Positions 7,376 through 15,183 of a DNA stretch of 15,183 nucleotides are shown here, one piece after another; the stretch's first letter is position 1, and each line of letters begins with the position of its first letter. A model generated the notes under the pieces. That model saw only the letters and a list, made by a program, of their open reading frames with translations, did not search any database and was not told the DNA's origin. The position numbers were made by a program, and so were the translations under genes. Source of the stretch: Coleofasciculus chthonoplastes F2-STO-03. GTDB lineage: Bacteria > Cyanobacteriota > Cyanobacteriia > Cyanobacteriales > Coleofasciculaceae. The stretch is taken from contig JAVJWO010000151.1 of NCBI GenBank assembly GCA_040222015.1, positions 1 to 15,183 on the forward strand, read 5' to 3'.

Positions 7376-7508
7376 GATTCTCTCAGTGAGATACTCAACC
7401 GCCCGGAGTTGAAACCCTAGGCTAAACTGAAGTTACCCCAGCCAAACAATCGAAACTGCCTCACCGTGAGGCTTATCTCATGTCCATCCTGCAAGAATTA
7501 TGAAAAGA

Positions 7509-9092
7509 CTATTGTGGCTTGAATACATCAAGATGTTCCAATAATGTAACTTCATTGGCAACTTTGTTTACATCAGAAAATATTTGAAAATCATTACACT
7601 CTCTAAAAATATCGCATTTATTTTCATGTATTGCTTTGACAATTGGATTAGTGAAACTGTAAGTTTCTTTTAATTTATCTTCCAGATTATTAGATTTGAT
7701 AAAATAGACAATCCAAGAAATTAAATAAATATTATCCATTTCTCGTGATTTCAGTTTTTGAAGAAATTCTTCAAGATGTTCAACTATAGAGTCTTTGTGT
7801 GAGCCAACATTAGATTTCAATATGGATTCTATAATCGCTATAATTTTTGGGAATGACTTTATTCTTAAATCTGCAAGCATGAGCAATAAGCTTATCACTT
7901 TAGGTAAAGTCTTATTATCGAAGGTGATACCTATCTTGTAGTTTTTGTCTACAAAGTTTTTGTCTACAATGTCAGCCAAAAAACGGTCGATAACACCACA
8001 ACCTGGATTGTTTTTATCAATTCTGATAACAGATAAATAGACCTCTTTAAATCCTTCAAAATCATATTGCTTTTTGTTTTCAGGATTGATATTGTAATAC
8101 TCCGATCTCCAATTTCTGAATAAACCATTCGGAAGACTGTAAAACTCAGTCTTACCATCATTAAGTTCAAGATTATATTCTTTTAATGCTGACTGTAAAG
8201 ATTTTATGGTTGATCGTCCACTCAATTCATCTTTGGCAAGGATACGATAATCATCTTTGAACCTGACTACAACAACTTTATCAATCAATGGTTCATCAGT
8301 CACATCAGTCAGCGATTTAGATAGCTGCCTATCTACCCCTGATAGAACCACTTCAGAGATGATGTCTGATACAGCAGGACCAATCGGTATTCCATTAGTG
8401 CAACCATCATTAGCATTCTGAAACAGCTTATCTAGACAATTTCCTACCAAATTAAAGTTGTTTCGGTTCGGGTTTCCCCTTTCATCCTTTTCATTCCTAA
8501 TAAATTCTTTCCCATGTAATGCCCACGGTATACTATGTGTGTAAATAGAAGGATAAAAGTTCTTGATGTCAGTTTTAATTAAATATTTGTACTGGAAAGC
8601 TATGGAAGCGACATCATTTTCCGCCATCTCGATCCATTCATAAATCATTCTGCCACTTCTCAAGCCACCGATTTCTCCTGGATTATTATCATCTACAGGT
8701 ATAGGAAAACTATAGGTACAAACTTGATTGTCTTGATGAAAAATGCAATTTAGTATTTCATCCCAGTGTTGGGCAATTAGATATGCAATGTCTGAATGGA
8801 TTTTTGGGTGTATAATCCCAAAAGTTCTATCTGTTAAGTCTGTTTTTGGAAAATGTATTTGCTGAATTTAATGAAGGTCTGGTTTAAATTTTGTCTTGCC
8901 ATTATTATGCTGTGTTACTGGAAAGTAAGGTTGCCCAAAATTCGGATGCTGGGTCACTTCAAAACAGGGTGTTAACACGTAAGCCTCTGGAAAGTAACCT
9001 TTGGTTACTAACCAATCATAGATATCAGATTTAGTCAGTGCTTTGACAAGCTCATTTGTGCGTTGGAAGTGCTCTTTCGGATTACGGCTCAT
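7509..9092 (-). pseudogene. Abi/UG-type (AbiK/DRT-like) reverse transcriptase, 527 codons, one in-frame TAA at 8868-8870
   Basis: The 74-aa and 384-aa ORFs are in the same frame, and the sequence between them is open (IQQIHFPKTDLTDRTFGIIHPKIH...YSFPIP). Motifs: GYFPE, TDIKNFYPSIYTHSIPWALHG, GIPIGPAVSDIISE, RFKDDY, LELNDGKT; long helical C-terminus. Confidence 0.85.
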
Positions 9093-9137
9093 ATTGTTAT
9101 TTTATATTTAATGATTTAGCAAATTGATAATATGGAG

Positions 9138-11594
9138 TTAACTAGAATTCAAGTAAACATTTGGTATATCTCTTACAAAAAAACTTGTTTCCTTATGATA
9201 GCCTTTAAAATCCCTTGAGGAAGCGGAAATAAACAATCTTTGTTTTGCCCTAGTCATAGCAACATAAAATAACCGCCTTTCCTCCTCTAGCTTATTGTCG
9301 CGTACACTGAAAAAAGTGGGAAACTCATCCTCAGTCGCACCCGCAATAAAAACGGTGTCAAATTCCAAACCTTTGGACTGATGCACCGTGATAATCGGAA
9401 CCTGATTATCATCTTGAGACACTTGATCCAAGTTCTTAGCCAGGGCAGTAAATTCAAGAATGGTGCGTAAAGCGGTGTCCGGGTGCAAATCCGGATTATC
9501 CTGATCCTGAAAGATTCGGATAAGCTGTAACAAGTTTTGCTGTCGTTTTTCGTCTGACTGGTAATATTTGTAGAGTCCCGATTCAACCATCAATTTATTC
9601 AACAGTTCTGCAGGTCGCATGGTTTCGCTGGCATCGCGCCACTTGTCCATCTGTTCAGCCAATTCCTCAAACTCATCGCCGTAGCGATACACCAACGCTT
9701 GACGATAATCCACTCTACGTTCAACCAGTGGAATGAGTCGGGCTAGCAAATCAATCGTGGTTTTCACATCATCCATTGCCTGATGACTTGGCAAATGTTC
9801 AAGCTTTAAATGCTTGGCTAAGGTTTCCAAATTGTAGCGTTCTGCTTCAATAAAACGATTGGCTAACTCTAGCGTGTCTTCCCATCGCAGCTTGGGAACG
9901 GATATACCAACTTTTTGGGCTTGGGCTGTTACCATCTTGATGTCAAAACCGACATTATGCCCAACCAGCATGGCATTTCCCACAAACTCGAAGAACTCGC
10001 GGAAAACCTCTTTAGCCGCTCTACCCTGTTCGGCTAAAAAACGATCGCTATGTCCATGTATCCACTCCGAGTCACCAACAGTTACAGTATTGGTAATATA
10101 GGCATGAAACTGGTTCTGTGGCTGCCCTTTAACCAAACGAACGGCGGCAATTTCGACAACCTCATCCTGACTAACCGAAAATCCGGTTGTTTCTACATCA
10201 AAGACAATCACTGTACCAGATGCATAGGCACTCAACAGCTCACTAAATGGATCGCAATTAATGAACGTTTGCAGGGATACCATATCTGTCAGTCTGAAGC
10301 CACAATCCTTACCCGCTTCAATGACATTTTTGATCGTTACCTCTCCGATTCCCCGACTTGGGCGGAGCAACATCCGGCGCATTGAACCTGTATCAAATGG
10401 GTTCAAAACTAGACGTAAGTACGCTAAAGCATCTTTCACTTCCTGGCGCATGAAAAATTGGAATCGTTCAACCGTGACGCAGGGAATTCTCATTCGTTCC
10501 AATCTCTGGCTGACAACTTCTGTTCGCCTATGGTTACGAGCCAGAACCGCCACTCGACTGTAGGCAAAATCTGGGCGATTATCGGCTAATTTCTGAATCT
10601 GTTTGCCAATCCACTGCGCCTCGGCTTGTTCATCTTTGGCGACATGAACTCGAATTGGTTCTCCGATTTCACAATCTGGGGAAGGTGTAATCTGTGTTTG
10701 TCGATGCTCAAAGGAATCAGCAAACCCAGACGCCGCTTTTAACAGTGTTTTTGTGGCGCGATAGTTCCATATTAAAGAATACTCTGTGGGTTTAAAGTCG
10801 CGCTGAAATTGTGCAATGACTTGAGCAGGTTGAGAGCCTCGCCATTCGTAAATTGTCTGATCTAAATCCCCAATCATCGCGAGATTGCCACTACGAGAGG
10901 CTAAATGGCTGACAATGCTGTATTCCGAAAGATGAGTATCTTGCACTTCATCAACTTGAACGAAATCAAACTTGGACGCCCAACGCTGGCTAATCTCTGG
11001 TTGATGAGCGAACATTGCCCGAACATAGAAAAGTAGATCCCCAAAGTCGAGAACATGACGTTTTTCCAGGATGGCTTGGTATCGAGCCGCATCTTTAGCG
11101 CGATCGCTTCCTAATGAGGCATACACTTGTTCTAGTGCAGCACTGAGGGAGAGTTGGAGGTGACTGGCTTTAATTTTGCAGTTAGCCAGGTTAAAGAATA
11201 ACTCCTGGGCATCTCGATCCTTCGAGACACCAAAGACTTCCTTGATCAGTTCAATACAGTCTGCATCATCATAAATCACAAAATCTGCTGGTAATCCAAG
11301 GGGACAAGCCTCGATCCGCAGCATAGAAGCACACAACCCGTGAAAGGTTTTGATTGTCAAAAAGGGCAACTGCTCTGGACAATACTGAGATAGACGCTCA
11401 CTCATCTGTTGAGCCGCTCGATTCGTGAACGTCAGGCAAAGAATTTTTTGAGGCGAAATACCTGTATTTATGGCATGAACCACTCGCTCGGCTAAAACGC
11501 GAGTCTTGCCCGTACCAACGGGAGCCAGTACCAAAACTGCACCTTGGGTATGCTTCGCGATCGCACTCTGTTGGGAGTTAAGTTCGTGTTTCAT
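9138..11594 (-). CDS. UvrD/PcrA-like SF1 helicase with inserted DEDDh (DnaQ-like) 3'-5' exonuclease
   Basis: LNSQQ, APVGTGKT, LTFTNRAA, VDEVQD, GDLDQTIYEWRG, NYR, TVHQSKGLEFD and EERRLFYVAMTRAK. Exonuclease FDVETTG / GHNVGFD / HQAMDD at ~9760-10210. Start at MKHELN (11594) preferred. Confidence 0.93.
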   Translation of the reverse strand: MKHELNSQQSAIAKHTQGAVLVLAPVGTGKTRVLAERVVHAINTGISPQKILCLTFTNRAAQQMSERLSQYCPEQLPFLTIKTFHGLCASMLRIEACPLGLPADFVIYDDADCIELIKEVFGVSKDRDAQELFFNLANCKIKASHLQLSLSAALEQVYASLGSDRAKDAARYQAILEKRHVLDFGDLLFYVRAMFAHQPEISQRWASKFDFVQVDEVQDTHLSEYSIVSHLASRSGNLAMIGDLDQTIYEWRGSQPAQVIAQFQRDFKPTEYSLIWNYRATKTLLKAASGFADSFEHRQTQITPSPDCEIGEPIRVHVAKDEQAEAQWIGKQIQKLADNRPDFAYSRVAVLARNHRRTEVVSQRLERMRIPCVTVERFQFFMRQEVKDALAYLRLVLNPFDTGSMRRMLLRPSRGIGEVTIKNVIEAGKDCGFRLTDMVSLQTFINCDPFSELLSAYASGTVIVFDVETTGFSVSQDEVVEIAAVRLVKGQPQNQFHAYITNTVTVGDSEWIHGHSDRFLAEQGRAAKEVFREFFEFVGNAMLVGHNVGFDIKMVTAQAQKVGISVPKLRWEDTLELANRFIEAERYNLETLAKHLKLEHLPSHQAMDDVKTTIDLLARLIPLVERRVDYRQALVYRYGDEFEELAEQMDKWRDASETMRPAELLNKLMVESGLYKYYQSDEKRQQNLLQLIRIFQDQDNPDLHPDTALRTILEFTALAKNLDQVSQDDNQVPIITVHQSKGLEFDTVFIAGATEDEFPTFFSVRDNKLEEERRLFYVAMTRAKQRLFISASSRDFKGYHKETSFFVRDIPNVYLNSS

Positions 11595-11705
11595 CTTGAC
11601 CAACACTACGTTTACGGAGTGTATGCCAAGCGCGATCACCCCTCAGCCAGCTTTACTGCTTTCTAACTTTATAGCTCATCTTATAGTTCATCAGCAATAA
11701 TCAAA

Positions 11706-11948
11706 TCAATCATCTGATTCCGAATACTTTTTATTCGTTGCCAGATCACCGGGACCCCCATCAACACAACCCGCAAACTCTTTGGCGGCTTCATAAGCGG
11801 AAATCGGTTCTTGTTCCACCTCTCTCTCCCGCATTCGCGCCTTAAACTGCAAAAATTCAATAAAATCTAATACGTCCTGCTGTTGTTGAGGTGTTAAACG
11901 TTGGAGTCTGTCTAATATCACTTGTTTCTTATCAATAGCTTGAGTCAT
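11706..11948 (-). CDS. DUF2281-like small protein, putative type II antitoxin
   Basis: 80 aa; LTPQQQQDVLDFIEFL N-terminal motif and AGCVDGGPGDLATNKKY tail; GGAGAG RBS upstream. Confidence 0.7.
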   Translation of the reverse strand: MTQAIDKKQVILDRLQRLTPQQQQDVLDFIEFLQFKARMREREVEQEPISAYEAAKEFAGCVDGGPGDLATNKKYSESDD

Positions 11949-12101
11949 TGTTCTCTCCTCTTTATAATTAATCCAACAATCAGGCGGCGTTCAATCAGGG
12001 TTTCTCCGCCTCATTCGCACATATTATTAGGTATAGTTAGACTTCTCTGGCTACGGTATCGCGATCGCTCCTCATCTCCAGTCGCCCTGTCATTCTATTG
12101 G

Positions 12102-12135
12102 AAAGGTTCCATGTTGTCACTCCCAGACGCAATTC
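12102..12135 (-). pseudogene. 34-bp relic of a Uma2 paralog
   Basis: Matches 12528-12562 (ELRSKSDNMEPL codons) at 31/35 positions with a 1-nt deletion. Confidence 0.6.
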
Positions 12136-12337
12136 ACTTTCGTATCTAACAGATTAATCACAAAAGTTCCCAAAGCCCCTGCTCATATTCTCCTTGTTTC
12201 TCTCGTGTCCATGGTTCCCCTTGCCACTTTCCGGCTGTCCTCTCAAAAAAGCCAGGAGACCAGCCTAACTTTTCGGGTGTTTTAGGAATTGATTTTGTGT
12301 CAGTGATGTCTTTAGATGGCATAGCAAGAACTGACTC

Positions 12338-12913
12338 TTAACTCCCCAAAACTACCTGTAAATCCAGTACAAATCCCGGTAAAACATCTTCCCCTGATAA
12401 GCTATTCGGTGACTCTAAAACCTCAACCTCCCGATTCGGTCTATAAATCTCAACCCGTTTATTCTTCGCATCAATCAACCACCCCAAACGCAACCCATTG
12501 TCTAAATATTCCTGCATCTTTTTGCGTAAAGGTTCCATATTGTCACTCTTAGAACGCAATTCGATCGCAAAATCCGGACACAGTGGCGGAAATGCTTCCT
12601 GTTGTTTGGGTGTCAAAGCATCCCATCGTTCTTGACTCACCCACGATGCATCAGGAGAACGATCTGCTCCATTAGGAAGCCGAAATGCAGTAGAAGAGTT
12701 GAAAGCAACCCCTAGTTTTGTCTGGCGATTCCAAAACCACAGTTGTCCTTCTATATCAATATTCCGTTTTCCGGTAATTCCCCCAGTGGGTGGCATAATA
12801 ATTAATTCTCCTATAGCTGTTCGTTCGAGTCGCACGTCGCGATTAGCCGCAGCGAGTTTCTCAAACTGTTCCTGAGTAACTTTTAGGGTTTGTGGGATAA
12901 TAATTGGAATCAT
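12338..12913 (-). CDS. Uma2 family (DUF820) PD-(D/E)XK endonuclease
   Basis: LERTAIGELIIMPPTGG, RSPDASWV, PDFAIELRS and KMQEYLDNGLRLGWLID motifs. Confidence 0.95.
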   Translation of the reverse strand: MIPIIIPQTLKVTQEQFEKLAAANRDVRLERTAIGELIIMPPTGGITGKRNIDIEGQLWFWNRQTKLGVAFNSSTAFRLPNGADRSPDASWVSQERWDALTPKQQEAFPPLCPDFAIELRSKSDNMEPLRKKMQEYLDNGLRLGWLIDAKNKRVEIYRPNREVEVLESPNSLSGEDVLPGFVLDLQVVLGS

Positions 12914-12958
12914 TGTTCGTTACAAGTCAAAAATGCGATCGCCTGTTTTTCTAACTGT

Positions 12959-12981
12959 GGGCGCACGTCTGTGCGCCCCTA
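12959..12981. repeat. REP-like palindrome
   Basis: GGGCGCAC-GTCT-GTGCGCCC-CTA, a perfect 8-bp stem between two genes. Confidence 0.65.
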
Positions 12982-12986
12982 GGAGG

Positions 12987-13499
12987 CTAATTCTTGAATT
13001 TATTGATAAATTGACTACCAATGCCACAACCAATGGCAAGCACCACGACAATAATTTGACTGGCAAGATAATGATGATGGTGAGGATGATCCTCCTGAAT
13101 CTGGCTGATCGCCTCGACATCAATTCCGCGATCGCTAACCGGAATCACTAACATATCCCAATGACTATCTTCACCAATCTCTACCTCCCACTCTCCACTG
13201 ACGGAGTAATCGGGTTCAAAGACAAACATCCCTTGATCGTTTGTCGTTCCTTCAATCGGCGCATAGTCTGAACCCGCAGGAGGATGGACAATCACAGGTG
13301 CATCTTTAAACGCTTCCCCTGTGCTGAACAGCGATTGAAGTTCCAGAGACTTAATGTTTAAGTTATAGTTGGTTTCTACACCATGGGCGAACACCTGCCT
13401 GGGAAAGCCCAAAAGACTGACAAGTACCAGTAGGACAACAAAGAACTGTTTTACTTTCATTTGATATCTGTGAAAAGGTTGTGATTGATTTTGCCTCAT
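12987..13499 (-). CDS. Exported, membrane-anchored putative Ni/Co transport accessory protein (carboxypeptidase-regulatory-like fold)
   Basis: Signal peptide ending VFA-H, STGE, GTTNDQGMFVFEPD, His run HPHHHH before a C-terminal TM helix. ATG 13499 overlaps the upstream TGA; alternative start 13460. Confidence 0.7.
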   Translation of the reverse strand: MRQNQSQPFHRYQMKVKQFFVVLLVLVSLLGFPRQVFAHGVETNYNLNIKSLELQSLFSTGEAFKDAPVIVHPPAGSDYAPIEGTTNDQGMFVFEPDYSVSGEWEVEIGEDSHWDMLVIPVSDRGIDVEAISQIQEDHPHHHHYLASQIIVVVLAIGCGIGSQFINKFKN

Positions 13500-14230
13500 A
13501 ACGAGGTAGTTACTGAAACAACAGTTATACCAAAGCCAATGACCATGATCACGATCGCACTCAAAATGGATAACTTCTGCAACACTTGATCCGTTTGTGG
13601 CAATCGCTCCAGCCACTGGCGAGCATAAATGGCGACGACACCCAAAATAACTAACACTGATGCTAACCCTAGACTAAACCCGCCCACCAAAAACAGCCCA
13701 TAGCTGATCTGGTGCAGAGCCACAGCACTCAATAACATCACCAATGCAGATGGACAAGGAATTAATCCCCCCGCAATCCCTAATTTAACCAGAGATGAAA
13801 GGCTAGTGGGTGAGTGGGCGTGTGAATGGGAATGGGAATGGGAATGGGAATGCAACCGCTTTCTCAGCAGGCTCAATCCGACGATACCAATGGTTAACCC
13901 GCTCACGAAACTCAGCACCGGATAGGATTGTTCAGGCAAAACGTATTGAGACGCAAACAGCGCGATCGCACCCAAGAGAAAAATACTCAGCGTATGGCTA
14001 AAAGTTATCGTTAATCCCAGTAAAACCGCCTGTTGTGGCGTGCCTTGAGAACCAATAAAATAGGCACTGACGAGGGTTTTACCATGTCCAGGGGAGAGGG
14101 CATGAACCGCACCAAATCCAAACGCGATCGCAATCCCGATTAAAATCGTACTTAACGTCGGTTCAGAGGCGATCAGGTTCGGCACAGAGGATGTGTGACT
14201 CAAGTGAGCTAAAATACACGCTTGTGACAT
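13496..14230 (-). CDS. RcnA/NicO-family nickel/cobalt transporter
   Basis: GAVHALSPGHGKT, SHT, (HS)n loop and GLIPCPSAL motifs; multiple TM segments. Confidence 0.9.
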   Translation of the reverse strand: MSQACILAHLSHTSSVPNLIASEPTLSTILIGIAIAFGFGAVHALSPGHGKTLVSAYFIGSQGTPQQAVLLGLTITFSHTLSIFLLGAIALFASQYVLPEQSYPVLSFVSGLTIGIVGLSLLRKRLHSHSHSHSHSHAHSPTSLSSLVKLGIAGGLIPCPSALVMLLSAVALHQISYGLFLVGGFSLGLASVLVILGVVAIYARQWLERLPQTDQVLQKLSILSAIVIMVIGFGITVVSVTTSL

Positions 14231-14291
14231 GGGAAAACTGGGTGGGTAAGTTCGGCGATTATATCAAAACAGTACACCGGGTTCCCATCAA

Positions 14292-14318
14292 GTAGGGGCT
14301 TGGTAACCAAGCCGCTAC
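14292..14318. repeat. GTAG REP-like palindrome, possible terminator downstream of the tRNA
   Basis: GTAGGGGCTTGG-TAA-CCAAGCCGCTAC. Confidence 0.7.
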
Positions 14319-14337
14319 AAGTGTTGTACAAAAAAAA

Positions 14338-14409
<72 letters not shown>

Positions 14410-14455
14410 GTGTATGTAACATACTTACTTAGGTTAACACGAAATTACCGAAAAT

Positions 14456-15016
14456 ATGCCCTCTGGTCAAATACACGATCGCATTACCTTATGGAGCCTC
14501 CCCCTTGTAACCGCTGTAACCCGCATCATGACTAGGAATGGGGACTTAACCCTGATCGTATCTGGAGGATTTTTTTTTAGTGGACTCATGTTCAGTCCCG
14601 ACTTAGATCTCTACTCACGCCCCTTTAAACGCTGGGGGTGGCTGCGCTGGATTTGGCTACCCTACCAAAAGGTGATGCGCCACCGTTCTATTTTTTCCCA
14701 CGGCTTTATCCTAGGGACTACGATTCGTATCCTCTATCTGGGAAGTTGGATCATCGCCTTGGCGGGAATCGGATTAGTGATTATGTACCTATTCCAAGCT
14801 GTACCCTGGACGGGGGAAGAGTTAAAACAGCACATCACGCGATCGCTCCTCGATTATCAAACCCACTGGATTGCTTTATTTATCGGCTTAGAACTTGGCG
14901 CTATCCTCCACTCCCTCAGTGATTGGACGAGTTCCACCTACAAGCGCTACCAGCGTCGCCAGCAAAAGCCGCGCAAATCCACCAAACGCAAGCGAACCTC
15001 AAATCGACGAACTTGA
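14456..15016 (+). CDS. DUF2227-like putative metal-binding membrane protein
   Basis: MPSGQIHDRIT, PDLDLYSRP, HRSIFSHG and LHSLSD motifs with TM segments. Confidence 0.85.
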   Translation: MPSGQIHDRITLWSLPLVTAVTRIMTRNGDLTLIVSGGFFFSGLMFSPDLDLYSRPFKRWGWLRWIWLPYQKVMRHRSIFSHGFILGTTIRILYLGSWIIALAGIGLVIMYLFQAVPWTGEELKQHITRSLLDYQTHWIALFIGLELGAILHSLSDWTSSTYKRYQRRQQKPRKSTKRKRTSNRRT

Positions 15017-15017
15017 C

Positions 15018-15183
15018 CGAAAAAATGGGTCTCAAGCCTCGTCCTTCCAGGACGACTTTTATGTGCTACAATATTGATGCATATTGATGCATAAGTTTTC
15101 CACGTCAAATGCTGGTTTTTGAGTTTAAGGGTCAAGGAAAAACAACTCAATATTCAGCGATCAATGAGGCGATTCAAACCGCT
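15018..15183 (+). mobile_element. IS200/IS605-family element (tnpB directly after left end, IS1341-like), left end, truncated by window end
   Basis: Target TTGAC (15013-15017); CAAG guide (15033-15036); hairpin TCGTCCT-TCC-AGGACGA (15039-15055); extended -10 TGCTACAAT (15064-15072). Confidence 0.85.
15109..15183 (+). CDS. tnpB: TnpB N-terminus (partial)
   Basis: MLVFEFKGQGKTTQYSAINEAIQTA..., resembling cyanobacterial TnpB N-termini; open to the window end and downstream of an IS left end. Confidence 0.8.
   Translation, partial: MLVFEFKGQGKTTQYSAINEAIQTA

Noticed and set aside
9093..9137. Retron msr/msd or DRT ncRNA upstream of the RT
   Set aside because: Only 45 AT-rich bp with no inverted repeats; the RT lacks retron NAxxH/VTG motifs.
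9138..11594. Gabija GajB or another known helicase defence system
   Set aside because: No OLD/TOPRIM nuclease or other known partner is adjacent, and the helicase is larger, with its own DEDDh insert.
14231..14337. Cobalamin or NiCo riboswitch ahead of the Ni/Co transporter
   Set aside because: The region is short, largely occupied by a REP-like palindrome, and shows no recognisable conserved motifs.

Overview
Cyanobacterial genomic DNA (15 HIP1 GCGATCGC sites, TTTGTCA heptamer tandem repeats, GTAG-type REP-like hairpins). Both window ends fall inside IS200/IS605-family tnpB elements that the ORF track missed, so this is probably a contig broken at IS copies. Housekeeping-type genes: SLC13/TrkA-C permease, ddl, a Ni/Co transport pair, tRNA-Val(TAC) and a DUF2227-like gene. 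Between them is an accessory block (~3.3-12.9 kb) holding: a 363-bp protein-free IS605-like mini-element with both ends intact and a probable omegaRNA; a decaying three-gene module (two genes frameshifted, one hit by a 25-bp HIP1-targeted insert); divergent XRE regulators, one an ImmA/IrrE fusion lacking its catalytic Glu; a UvrD helicase with an inserted DEDDh exonuclease, directly followed by an AT-rich Abi/UG-type reverse transcriptase (FKDD motif, one in-frame TAA); an orphan antitoxin-like gene; and a Uma2 nuclease. The best candidates for new biology are the helicase-exonuclease + RT pair and the stand-alone omegaRNA mini-transposon. All family calls come from motif recognition; no database searches were run.
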